Source: Eledone cirrhosa (taxonomy: Eukaryota). From it: 64,000 nt of DNA. Each line of letters opens with the position of its first letter. Within the stretch, counting starts at the first letter, position 1. The notes below the pieces were generated by a model, which worked only from the letters and a program-made list of their open reading frames with translations, was not told the DNA's origin and ran no database searches. A program made the position numbers and the translations under genes. Where the stretch lies: NCBI GenBank assembly GCA_964016885.1, contig OZ024740.1, positions 391,096,001 through 391,160,000 on the forward strand. The letters run 5' to 3'. Positions 1-15,440 of this stretch are shown here, in pieces.

Positions 1-806
1 TTTATCTAAAAACTTTCCATCACAACTTTATATAAGAACCTCTGTTATGTTCCTAACACCAGAGTAATAATGAGAAAACTGGTCCTATTACTAAATCAAT
101 CAAAATTATTTGAAAATCGGTGTCTCTTTCATTAGAAATAAGGTAATGGAAGGGTTAATAAGATAATTCAAGCAATAAGGAAGCAGTTTCAATGCATTTT
201 CAAGGTCTTTCTAATGATGATGATAATAATAATAATGATGTATTCACATAAAGGTAACTTTGGAATGTAAAGCAGGTTTCTGGTAAGACTTTAGAATGTA
301 CTGAGATTAAAACCTTATTTAACTGAAATTATTCAATAAATGAATGTGAGGGTAAATATATTATTTTAAAAATATAACTACCTGTAATACATGCAGCTGT
401 TTCATGATCCCACTTGTTAATTTATAAGAAATAAAATTATATTGTTTCAAAGAAATCTAAACTTGATTTGAGGGTTTAAAAAAAAAGTGAGTGAAAATAA
501 TGAAAGGAAAAACATTAATGTGTAAGTTGCTGACCATTCCACAAACATGTGTACCCTTAACATAATTCTCAGATATTCAGTAAGCTTATGGTAAAGAACA
601 CTAGTCCAAAATGCCATGCAGTGGGATCAAACCCAGGACCTTATGATGGCAAAGAATATTTCTTGGCCATTCTGGCATGCTGTATCCATGAAATATGGAC
701 AAATGAATATATGCATCAAGCATTATTTTTAAAAGTGTCCTCTTAAATAAAGTATTTAAAAAATAGTGTTATCTTTATCAGAAAAATACTTTTAATTTGA
801 AATTTC

Positions 807-1112
807 TATCGGTATCAAACCATTTACCTGGGTTCCAGATATCCAGAAAATCCTGGAAACTGGTTATTTTGGGATTTGGTGCACTAGCACTGCACAACTA
901 TTTTGCTTTTAAACTGTGGCATATGTGTTGACTCACATGCCACTGTTATTTTAAAAAACTTTGACCTAAAATGAAACACACCTTGCTTTAGATATGTATT
1001 AATTTGTATTTGTTGAATTCCTAGACTGTACCCAGAAATCTAGCAAATACAGAAATTTAGACCACGTTCAGTCCTAACTTAATCTTACAGGATAAATGGT
1101 TTGGTACCTGTA
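807..1112. mobile_element. Tigger/pogo-like MITE
   Basis: TIRs GGTATCAAACCATTTACC and GGATAAATGGTTTGGTACCTGTA. Confidence 0.6.
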
Positions 1113-1206
1113 TTTAAACCTGTATTTAATTCTTTAAACCAATTACAGGTTCTAACTTAGACTTGCTTTTTCACAAAGTTTGTTTTGTTTATTGTATACA
1201 TATTTA

Positions 1207-1252
<46 letters not shown>

Positions 1253-2272
1253 CATTTATTGTCTGTTTTCGGTTGGACTATATATATATATATATATAAT
1301 GGAAAAAAAAAAAATGATAAAAAAAACATTTGTAGAATATATAGTCTGCAAAAGTAGTTGGTCTGCATTATGGCATTTATAGCCAAGTTAACTAGTGTCA
1401 GAGAAAGTGGAACTGCTTTACCAATAGTGATGATATACTGGCTTCTCTGGGACATTGGTGGTAGTTTACAAACAGCCTGATACTTATACTGGCAGACAAA
1501 AAGCAAATTCTATGTTTATTCTGCAAACATCAATGATTTGTCAATGCACTAATGGAATGGTTTTTGTGTAAGGTTAGTTGGAAAATATTTATAATTTATA
1601 GTTTACTCTCTCTGCATGCTACCTTTCGAAGAAAAAAAAAAATTCATTTATAGAAGTGAAGAATGTAGTTCAACAGTTAGAATGCTTCAAGACAGGCTTT
1701 GCTGGCTTCAAAATGACCAGCCATACAAATAGTTGATTAAATAAAAAGCAAAAAGAAAGGAGCCGGTTGTCAGAGCAAGGAAACTATGATTCCTTTGATC
1801 TTTCCATTGCTGATGTTAGCTGCCAGTTGCAGGATTTGAACTCAATGCACAGAGCTGAATCAGATATAGCAAAGTATCTCATCCAACTCCTTAAATGAGT
1901 TCACTAATCTCCTACCCATAGGCTTGTACTTATTTAGTGATCCAGGAAAAGGTGTAAGGCAAAGTTGACTGTGGTAGAATTTAATCGCAGAGAGCCAGAT
2001 ACAAACACCAAGGCATTTAATCCAATGCTCTAGACCCTGCCAAATTCACCGCAAGACAAAAACATTTTTTTTTTTTAAATTGGGGGAGGAAAGTTTTAAA
2101 TAACTGTAGAAAATGTCTTAACTATAAAACTTTTTGTTTCATGTACTTGGAGAATAGCAAAAATGTACAGAGAAGGTCAAATAAGAATTCAAACGTGTTT
2201 TTCTGTGTTTCTAGAATGATCACTGTAAATGGAAAATACATGAATTATTAGTAGAGAAACGCATAGTACATT

Positions 2273-2306
<34 letters not shown>

Positions 2307-2850
2307 TGTGTGTGTGTGTGTGTGTGTATGTATCTATGTGTGTGTATACATATATATATATATACACACACACACAGGTTGATAGATTTAGTAAAGTAGA
2401 AATGGAAAAAAAAGGTTTCTAAGACAAACTAGAGAGGAACAGTTTGGTGTGAGATGAAATATTCTAAAGAAAAATGAAACATTTAACAGCAAATTTTTCT
2501 AAATGAAAACATCAAATATCAATTCAGTACCAAGACACATACCATGTAATAAATAGCATCACAAATTTGAGACATGTTATACTCCAGCCAACTACACTCA
2601 CCCAATACTAAGCACTTAAAAAATATATATAAATAGGTAAGAAAAGAAGAAAATAACTATATAAATTAATAAAGTTTTTTTTTTAAACTGTAGCAAATAA
2701 ATATTTCAAAAAGTTTCTTTTAAAATCAAATTCTTTTTACTGAATATATGGAAAATAAATGTAAATATAGATTAAAAATAAAATTTCAAAAGGTAAAAAT
2801 TATATGCTTACACATATATACTAATGATAAAAGAGAATATATATATATAT

Positions 2851-2992
2851 ATAATTATTCAGGACAGTTACTACAATGGCGCCATATCAGGTATGTACAT
2901 TTCGTTGGTCACTGAGGACCAATTTGTTCAACCTGTGCTGATGAAAATGAATCGGAAAGTCTGGTGTTGTAGTAACTGGCCTGAATAATTAT
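2851..2992. mobile_element. Miniature inverted-repeat element, probably a Penelope pseudo-LTR relic with hammerhead-like cores
   Basis: 26-bp arms ATAATTATTCAGG(A/C)CAGTTACTACAA with 1 mismatch; internal hammerhead-like motifs on both strands. Confidence 0.55.
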
Positions 2993-4161
2993 ATTCAAAC
3001 TCACCCTACGGACTTGAGTTACTACTATATGTGTGTGTGTGTGCATATTCAAATATTCTTGAAGGTATTTTTAAGATGACAATCATTTCTTAATGTTTCC
3101 TATATGTTATCATAATTAGCATTAATTGTATCACCAAAAATTTAGGTCTCTGGACAGGGCCATCTTAACAAGATTATAGATCCCTGGAGCCTCTACATAC
3201 ACAACTACAGCATATATAGATTAGCACTTGGTCCCTAGACCACATGGCCCCCAGATAACTACTTGGTGTGCTTATGTCTTAACATACTATCTATAGATCC
3301 ATCTGTGCTATACTCTAGTAATATCTGTTACATTATCTCTCAAACCATATATTCTTTGCAAACTATATTTTCAAAATTAATTGAAAATCACAATTACATT
3401 TTAAAAATTGTTAATTTGCAAGCAAATACTATAATGGATAACTAACTTTCCAGAGATATCTTTGGTCAAACCATATATACACAGATACTACCTTTGCTAG
3501 CAGGAAAAATGAATATTAGAGCCTGCTGCTCTTGGTTAACACTGATTTTCTGGCACCTTTTGTTCCAGACCCATACTGAATTATTTGTTTTGCTGGACTA
3601 ATAATAGTTACATAACAATTAAGGACAAATTTCTAGAAGACTGCCACAATATTAATGAAAACTTTATCATATCACTACAAAACTGTTACAACATATTGCT
3701 ATAAGTCTACATCCTGTATTACATGAAACCACATGAGCAAGGCTTTCTTGAAAAGTATAAAAAAGCACTATGATTGCATCATATCACAAATTAAAGTCTT
3801 TACTCCAATACTGCAAATTTTGATAGATGTCAACAGGGCATTGAAATGTATAGAATTTTTATATTAGTAGGTGAGTGAATAGGGTTTTACTTTTAGTAAG
3901 TATGTTTGTTACAGCTTACTCCAATATGTATGGAGGTTTCTTGTGTTTTAATTATAGTATCCCCAGTCCTGACATAATAAATTTGAAGGTTTAAGTAATA
4001 GTTTTTAGAAATCAACATTTTAAATTTTCATTAGTAAAAAAAAAAATAATTAAAAAAGGAAAATAAATGAAATACTAAAAATAAATTAAATGTGCCATAG
4101 ATTTAATTTTGGCTTTGAGTATATTTGTTGTCTCAAATTTGATATCTACATATTGTGTGTT

Positions 4162-4192
<31 letters not shown>

Positions 4193-6811
4193 GTATTTGA
4201 AGGGATGAGATTTAACAGTAAAACCTGCTTTGTAATATCAATAACGGAAAATATGAACAAACGAGGATGAGTTATTCCAGGAAGGAAATGAGAACTAAAT
4301 AAAGGTACACTGGCATCAAAACTAAATGAAAATACAAACCTTTATTCCTCATTCAGTTTTAGCAGATGAACACTAGGAAGCAAAAATATTTAAAATATAC
4401 AAGAAAAAAAATTCTGAGTCCTCTTTATTTTTACTTTCCTTCCTGAAAATTATTCTCTTGCCAATTTCACCATACTGAGAGAAATGGTCATATTTTGTTC
4501 ATTAATAAATAAAAAAAATGTTAACATTGGGGGGTTTGGAGCAAGATAGATGTTATTCACAAATAGTTTGTGAAAAGAGAAAGATACAAGATTTAAAAAA
4601 AAATTAGGATTAAATCTACAAAAAAAAAAGTGCAAAAAAAAAAGAAAAAAGAAAAGAAAGGAGATCTGTATGATTATAAACTTGATATGATAGATTATTG
4701 ATTCTAGAAGTTTTTAGACACTGAATCCAAATGAATGTTAACTCTTAATGTCCTGCACCACATAAAACTATATTAGCAAGATATTCTTGGAATAAAAACA
4801 GTTGAATGATTGCATCACATTAAAAATTAAAGGCTCTGCTTTAGCTTTCTATAAATTTCCTCATTGATCTGTCCACTAGTTATACTATAAACATTTGAAT
4901 TAGCAAACCTGTTTTTTTTAGATATTTTCTGTTAAATTATTACAGGATGTAAAGAGTTAACAGCCAAAATGCATCAAGAGTTTTCTAAAATAAATATAAA
5001 AGAGAAATTGAATTGATTAGTTTTAGTGACATACATAGTATCCTAGTGGAATGTCTTGAGGGACATAATCCCCTCACCCACCTTGGAGAACAATAACTCC
5101 GATTAAATAGACTTGGTCTTTAGTGACCCATCCAACCCATGCCAACATGGAAAGGTGAATGTAAAGTGATGTTGATGATGATGGTGAAATAAAACAAATC
5201 ATTTGATGACTTTGTTTTCAGTTTTAATTATATTTCTATTAATGTAATTAAAATCAAAGTATTTTAACAATATTGGGACTTTCCAAGAGAAAGTATTTTA
5301 AGGCCATTTTCCCTACCCAAGTAGGGATTGGCCTTGTGGAACCCCATGACACAGAGAGAGGGGGAGAAAAAAAAATTAAACTTGTTTTCGATAATGGTTT
5401 GTTTATGTCTTGAGAGTGTGATCAGAGTAAAAGTATTTACAAATTAATTAAAAAAAAAAAAAAAAAAGGACTAAGCTGCATGTTTTAGTGCAGGAAAAAA
5501 AAAGTTCAAAGGAATTAAAAAAAAAATATGGAAAGGAGCCAATCATCAGGTAAGACCAAGGAAAATATGCTTCCATTGTTGATACTATCTGTTGGTCACA
5601 ACAACTGGAAGAAATGGGCTTTGAGTTCAGAACACACTGAGCTATCACAGAGATATCACAGAGCATTGCATCCAACTCTTTAATAATTCCAACAATTGAT
5701 AAATATAGTACCTCTGGATTGGTGCTTTATTTATTAATCCATTGAAAGAATGAAAGGCAACATTGATACTAGAAGGGTTTGAACTTGGAGTGCAGAGAGC
5801 CGTGACAAATAGTTGGGTATTTAATCCAATGGTCTAATGATTTTGCCATTAGGAATTAAAAAAAAATTCAAAAATAAGATCCAATAAAAAAAAAATTAGG
5901 GTGGGATGGAGTGTATCAAGAATTTAATGAAGTGAATGTTATATTACACGTGCAGTAAATGTACTTACTAGCATTGTGTAAACAAACAACTGCATAACTG
6001 AGCACATAATACAGGATAGATAATACAAGTGTGTGCCTATGTGAGTAATATTCAACAAGTGTTGAGAGAGCTCTATAACAATAGAAGCACTATATATTTA
6101 CATAACTTAAGTTGGCTACGAACGAGACAGCAAGATTTATTATCTCCAATAAAATGATCTGTTCAGGTATAAAATCAGCCAGTAGCCGACAAACCATACT
6201 CACCCTCCAAATTTGTCAAATCATATGCGAACCACCCATTCTCCTAAACCATAATAGTCACCTAATGTATATATGTGTGTTCTATTAATTATTATTATAA
6301 TAAAATGAGTACAATTGCAAGAACATATTAAATAGGAGTCTCCAATCATTTCTGTCTTAGCCAAGCTGTTGTTATTTAGCCCTAGGTCAACCTTAATCAA
6401 GCACTCCTATAATCAGTAGCATTCCAGCCAATCTTTATATTTTTTATAGTCAAGTAGTGGACTATATTATCTAATGCACCCTTCCTTATTCTATTTTCTC
6501 TAAAACAATAGAGTGTTATTAGATGAAGATTTAACTGCTATTTCTATGTCAAGTGAATAGATATGTTTGAATATGTAAATGCAATGATAGGCACCTCCTT
6601 TGAGAAGGTGAGATGATCACTAGTCAGAATTTATCTACAGTAAACCACTTACTGCGGCATTACAAACAGCAGACTGGCTAGTCGTTGATACTGTGATTTG
6701 TTTAAATCATTATTATTGGTTAGTCAAACTAAATAAACAGAAGTTTATCTTACTGGTTATAATTGTTTATAGAAATATCAGTACAATACATGAAATGTCA
6801 AGTAAGACAAA

Positions 6812-7058
6812 TAAAACAAAACCGTTTACACTTTTACCTTATATTTCATGATATTTGGGGATTAAGACCTCTTGCCATTACTATCACAATCTTTCTTTTT
6901 AAAAAAAAAAAATGAAGTGTGATGGTGGTTACAAGCAGGATCTGTGCAGATATAGGGGTTGGAGAAGTGGTGACATGTGCAGACAGTTATAGTTAAAAGG
7001 GGGATCCTAACGCCCAAATATCATGAAATATAATGTAAAAGTGTAAACCATTGTTTTC
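6812..7058. mobile_element. MITE-like fold-back element with long inverted repeats
   Basis: GTTTACACTTTTACCTTATATTTCATGATATTTGGG at ~6823 is the near-perfect reverse complement of ~7013-7048. Confidence 0.7.
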
Positions 7059-7555
7059 ACTCCTATATTGTTTTCACCTTACATTGTACCATCTTTCTCA
7101 AAACAATCCTAACCACATGTCACAAGGCTTCTTATGAATTTTTATTTAGTTTAAGTATCTAATAAATCTTACAGAAATTGATAAAAATATCAAAGACAAA
7201 GCATATACAAGAAATATGATAAGAAGAGAATATAGTGTTTAAAAAAATATAAGAGAATATAGTGTCAAAAAAAAAAAAGATAAGAGAATATGTGTTAAAA
7301 AAAAATATGTAAATTGTGAAAAGAGAAAGGTAGAAGTAAAACAAAATTTAATATATGATGGGGGAAGTCTTTTTCTTTTCCGACGAATTGAAAAATGAGA
7401 ATGTCAAAGTATGTGAAAACAAATAACTATTTTCAGAATAACAAACTATTTAACCCTTTTGTTACCAGATTTCTGATAAAATTATACTGCCTGTAATTTT
7501 CAAATAAATTTTGAAAAGAATGGGCAAGAAATTGGAGGAAATTTGGAAAAAGAAG

Positions 7556-9282
<1,727 letters not shown>

Positions 9283-9823
9283 AATTTATCATTATTAAAT
9301 TGCTGTTTAGAACAAAATATTGTTATATAAAAGTTATGACGGACAGTTTTAATTTAAATAAATATGAATATTTTAAAACAAGCAGATTGTCTATGAAAAA
9401 AAACCATGGATGGTCTCAGGTAGCTTGGTATTAAAAGGGTTAAAAGTGAAAGGTAAAACTAGTTAGCCAGAGAGATGGAGAGACAGATGGTACTATTTAA
9501 CAATTTAAACAGGCTTTACTGTATATTTAAACCAATGGGCAACAAGAAATATCTAGATGTTATAAAAATACATTAAAGTTGTGTCTTGATTCTGCTTAAG
9601 ACAGAAAAAAAAATCGAACAATAACAAAAATCAATAATACGGACAACCTTCAGTGATTCAATCTTTGTTGATAGTTTATAACAAATGAAATTATTTTGTC
9701 ACTCAAATTTATTGTTTGGTTTATACAGAATTATGACAGTAACTGAGATGTTATATTAACCCATGCATTTACACACATACACATACATATATATGTGTGC
9801 GCATACATACACACACACACATA

Positions 9824-9901
<78 letters not shown>

Positions 9902-10688
9902 CATGTGTGTGTGTGTGTGTGTGCAGACAAAACAAGACATTGGATGTACAGGGTACACAAAAGCAAGTCTGCTTTAAATGTTCATATATTTGAACTAAAG
10001 AAGTAATAAAACCAAAAAAAAAAATAGAAAAAAAGAATTGTATGAAGAAAGTGAGAAAAAATCAAAAAGAAAAACAAAAGATTGTAATTAAAAAAATAAT
10101 CTGCTGAATAGAGCAGGTTAACATGTTCTTTTTTGTGGCGAGGGGGTTCCTTCTTGTGTTGCTTTATGATGAAACAGTCCATGTTTCCACAAGGCCAATT
10201 TGAATAATGGATAAAATATAAAAGCAAAGTGAACTGACCACTCATGCATGTCATATAGTGTTCATATCTCCAAACTGGAGAAGAGATAGCCTTGTTTCCC
10301 CATTTCAATGTTTTTTTTTTTTTTTTTTTTTGTTTCAAATATTGGATTAATGTTTTAATTAGCATTGTAACAGTAATATAGTTTGTTTTTGCTTCTGGAA
10401 GGAGGAGAAAAGTATTTTTTTCAACAGAATGTCTTTTATAGGTGAAAGAAGAAAAAAAAACAACAAAGAAACAAATAATAAAAAAAAGGGAGAGAATATA
10501 TATTATATAAGAAGTTATGTAATATGGAAACAGTATATAAACTTGTGATATGTGAAGGGATACACACAGCATTTAAATGAATGAAGAGGCACAAGTGTTG
10601 TCCTCTTCATTTACAAAAAGTTTTGAATAGTTGTTTTTATCCCCATAGTACATTGATAAAGCTGGAAAAATTCAAACACCATTGGTGA

Positions 10689-10759
<71 letters not shown>

Positions 10760-11232
10760 TTATGTATGTATATAGAGATTGCTTTATATTTTTCTTTTTC
10801 TTTTTTTTGCAATGTTTCTTTTTTTCATTATTTTTTTAGATATTGTTTTCATCTTTGCATTGTCTCTTTTTTTTTTCATCACTTTTTTGCTTTTTTTTTT
10901 CATTGTGTTAACTATATTTTTTTCTTCAGCTTCTTTTGATATATTAAGAACTAGTCTTGATGAAAGAAAAAAAACCCATCTTGGCTGAACAAAAAGAACA
11001 TATAAAAACAAAGCAATGATAAAAGGCAATAACCAGATAAATATATTTAAATTAAATGGTCACTGCATAGTTTAGTTACTGACATGATTATTATATCCAT
11101 GTATAATGTTTGTGTGTGTGTCTGTATATATATAATTTATTCCTTGTTTAGAGAGAACAACAACACTGCCGTTCTCAATTAAATGAGAGCTGCATAGTAA
11201 AGTTACTGACATGATTAACACATCAATGTATG

Positions 11233-11278
<46 letters not shown>

Positions 11279-11279
11279 A

Positions 11280-11323
<44 letters not shown>

Positions 11324-11514
11324 CTTAGACAAAAGATAAAGAAGAACACTGCCTCTGTGAATCATGTATATATACATTAGAGAAATGGCCAGTTAAGAAA
11401 TCAAAACTGAAATAAAAACTTTAAAAAAAAAAAAAAAGTAATGGCAGTGAAGAAATAAAAAAAATTTTTTTTTTAAATAAATGAATTATTCATGTTTAAA
11501 GTGGAATCATTTAG

Positions 11515-11545
<31 letters not shown>

Positions 11546-12269
11546 GTTTAAACAAAACTTTAATTAAAAATATGTAAATATAATAGACTTAACAAGAGAA
11601 ATATGGAGCACTAAGACATAAGACAAAGTAATGAGGAATACTTTGTTTTCATATATTAAATATACAATAATTATACAAGCAATGAGTTAACATTTGAAGA
11701 GAGAGGGGAAAAAATCACAAAATCATAAGAACTAATATTACTTTTTTTAACAAATAGAGAAATAAATATATATATATACATGTATATATATATATATATG
11801 CACATATATATATATATATGCATATATATATATACAAACACACAAATGTATTTTCAGTTATGACTGAAGCTTGTAGCAAATGGCAACTGCTTGTTTTTAA
11901 AGAAAATTAAAATTCCAAGATAAGTTATGAGTTTATAAAGATTAAAGTGCATTTTGCAAAGAGAAGAGGAAGTAGTTACATTCTGTATTTTTTGTTATTC
12001 CAAATTCAGCAACTTAGACATTACTACAAACTTAGTTATGGGTATTTAAACAAAGAAAACAAGTAATAATAACACTTCTGGTTTACTTGTCCATATATAA
12101 ACACATCATACTAAATAAATATACTCAGATGCCACTAATATATCTTTCATCTATTTTTTTCTAGGCATTCACACACCAAAAATACAGACACAGACACACA
12201 TATATGTAGAGTAGTGTCCCATTAAGAGAACCACAATTAAAGCAAGGTACTTAATACAACACGTATTAA

Positions 12270-12312
<43 letters not shown>

Positions 12313-12348
12313 ACACGTATTAAGTATATATATATATATATATATATA

Positions 12349-13152
12349 TAAGGTGTGTGATAAAAGTAATAGGACTTAGTATGCTGTGTGAGCTAGGGAT
12401 TGCATCACCATGTGACATAATATCTGGGGAGTAAATAACTGCGATATCGGCTCTCTGCAGCCATTGTGTTTGTTAACAGCTCCTCAATTTTAGGCTGTCA
12501 AACCACGGGCACAGAGCAATGAAGTTTTTGGTCCGGTTGGGGAAAACTCCAACAGAAGAACACAGAATATTGCAGCAAGTGTATGGAGATGATACGACAT
12601 CGTGGTCACGGGTTTTTGAGTGGCACAAAAGGTTCAAAGAGGGATGCAAGGACGTGGAGGACAACTCCCAGGTGTGGAAGGCCTTCAATGAGCAAGATTG
12701 AGGCCAACATGGATCATGTGAGGCAGGTGGTACGTGGCAATCATCAGCTGACTGACTAATCGCAAATAAGCTGGGCATGAAATGTGACAGCATTTGGAAG
12801 ATTATCACTGAAGATTTGGGCATGCAGTAGATCTGCCTGAAGATGGAGCCGGAGCTGCTGAACAATGACCAGAACAAGCAGCACATGAGGTGTGTCAGGA
12901 CATCCTTGACCATCTTGAAACCGAACCAGACCTTTTTCCTTTTCCCCAAGCTCAAGAGGGTCATCAAGGGGACCTGTTTTCCAGACATGTAAGCAATCAA
13001 GTGGGCTATGACAACAGAGCTACAGAGAATCCTTCCAGGAGTGCATTAAACTCAAGGGGGATTATTTCAAAGGGGAAAACACCTGCAGTTTGTAGTTTGG
13101 ATTTGAAATATTTTTTTTGCAACCAGTTCTGTTTCTTTTCTGACACACCTCA
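12349..13152 (+). mobile_element. Degenerate, internally deleted mariner transposon
   Basis: TIRs AGGTGTGTGATAAAAGTAA and TTTCTTTTCTGACACACCT. Mariner HTH (KFLVRLGKTPTE...VYGD...VFEWHKRFKEG) and C-terminal DLFPFPKLK...KG and GDYF remnants are present; the catalytic core is missing and there are stops and frameshifts. Confidence 0.9.
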
Positions 13153-13298
13153 TTAAAACACACACATCCTAAACACCCAATTACATATGCATTATATACT
13201 GATAATTCCATAAATTACTAATTATGCAGAGAAAGTGGTGAGAGTGAAGATAAAGAGTGTAGATAAATGTGTCTGTGTGTGTATTTATGTATACACAC

Positions 13299-13340
<42 letters not shown>

Positions 13341-14089
13341 GAGTAATAAAGAGACAGGGAAAGAAAAATGTAAGGGGTATGCAATTAAAATGAACTTTGT
13401 GAAGAACAGGTTCAATCATTTTCAGTTTACTAAACAGCATCTACAGCTCCTCCTCTCTCTCTCTCTCTCTGTCAACCCACTTCTCTCACTCCACCTTTCA
13501 CATCCTCAAGTCCTCTCTCTATCACCTCAACTCTCTCTCCTCTCCTTCCATCATCTCTCTCACTCTTATATGCAAAGTCTAAAAGATCTATATACTTCCA
13601 TTATCATCATTACAAAATATATTTGACTTTAAACATTAATAACCACAACAGATCCATACATTTTTAACACATAGCATGGAAAGACATAATCATAAGACTT
13701 TACTCTTCAGTTTTCTACAGAAAATCAATGGAAACAAAGCATAACAATTTAGAGGGTTGGATGAAAAACAAAGTATGCAGACATCAATGACAAAAGCTCA
13801 AGTAATAGTAGTGGTAGTAACGCTAGTTTGCTAACCAGAAAGAAACTATATATGTCTCAAAGAAATGTAAAAGTTTACTTAAGAGTGAGGAAAAAATAAA
13901 TAGTATATATATATACATATATATAAATATATGAAAAAAAAAAATTAGGAAAGTTATACACACTCCTACATACATAAAATATATGTGCATGCACATATAC
14001 ATCTGTATATATTTATACACATACATGTATCATCATCATCATATATGTATATACATATATATACACACAACACACATTTGTATATATGC

Positions 14090-14154
<65 letters not shown>

Positions 14155-14158
<4 letters not shown>

Positions 14159-14196
14159 CACACATACTTCTAGTAGAATTTATTTAATATTTTATT
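14155..14196 (-). terminator. Candidate RBM33 polyadenylation signal (two AATAAA plus GU-rich downstream element), implying a ~3 kb 3' UTR
   Basis: TTTATT on + at 14179-14184 and 14191-14196, the first canonical hexamers I found after the stop; the minus strand continues GTATGTGTGTTT. Confidence 0.4.
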
Positions 14197-15387
14197 TAAA
14201 TAAGAAATTTTTAGACTAAGCTTTTGACAATTTAAGTTTCTGCAATGTATGAATGCATGATTAATTATTTAATAAATAAAATGCTATGTCAAATTCTTTT
14301 AAAAAAAAGAAAAAAAAAGAAAAAGAAAAAAGAAAAATACTTCTAAATATTTTTTTTAAATATCAGAGACATATATAGGACATCTAAATAAATACCCTCA
14401 TATATATAACAAATATATGATAAATAGTAATAAAGTAGAAAATAAAGCATGCATTCCTTGGAAAGCAACACAAAATCAATTGTTTTAAGCACAAGAAAAG
14501 CAAGCTGTCTCTTAGACGGCTTTTAATGATTTGTATTCAGAGAACGTTTCTTTTTACAACTGCTGGAAGTGTGGATTCAGTGAGTGGTTTCTAGCAATAT
14601 CAATACCAGTTTAAATATCAAAATATCAATATCATAATTGAAGATTCTAACAGCCATTAAAAAGCTTGTCTAAGACAAAGACACCAAAATACAATGAAGA
14701 TTTGTTTTAAAACTAACTGAAAAATTTCCCATGATTGTAGCATGATTCCAAATGAGAGCTTTTAGAAATTCCTTATTGTGCAGCAATCAACATTAATGAA
14801 AGCTAATGAGCTTCAGTTTAGATATGTCGTAATGCTAATCCATTTTTGTTAAGTCTATCATCTTCACAGCTTAAATATAAATATAGACACAGTGTGTAAT
14901 GTTAGAGAGAGAGAGAAAAAAAAAACAGAGGGGAGAGAGGGAGGTTAGAAAGAGATGCGAAGAGAGTAGATTGAAGAAAGGCAGATAATATATCTTAATT
15001 TTATGATGTGGGAGAAGATAAAAATACAAGTATTAATTTTAAAAAAAAAAGATTTAACTAAAACTAAACCCTGCTTTTAAAAGCATTTCTAAATTTAAAA
15101 AATATACAATAAAAATTAATAAAAAAAAAACAAATCTTAGCAAACATGTGACAAAAAAAAAAATTTTAAATTTAAGCTCAAATTAAAAATATATATATAT
15201 TTAAGTCATCATTATCAATGTTTCTTTCCTTATTGTGAATAAATAATTTTCCTATGTTCAAGCCATTTCTCAAACTATAGATTAACTGTTTCATAGCCAA
15301 AATAAAAGCATGAGTGTATGATATGTAACAAAGTGCCTGTAGCATTGTGGCATATTGAAGTGGATAGAAGGGTGGACAGTTTGATAT

Positions 15388-15440
<53 letters not shown>

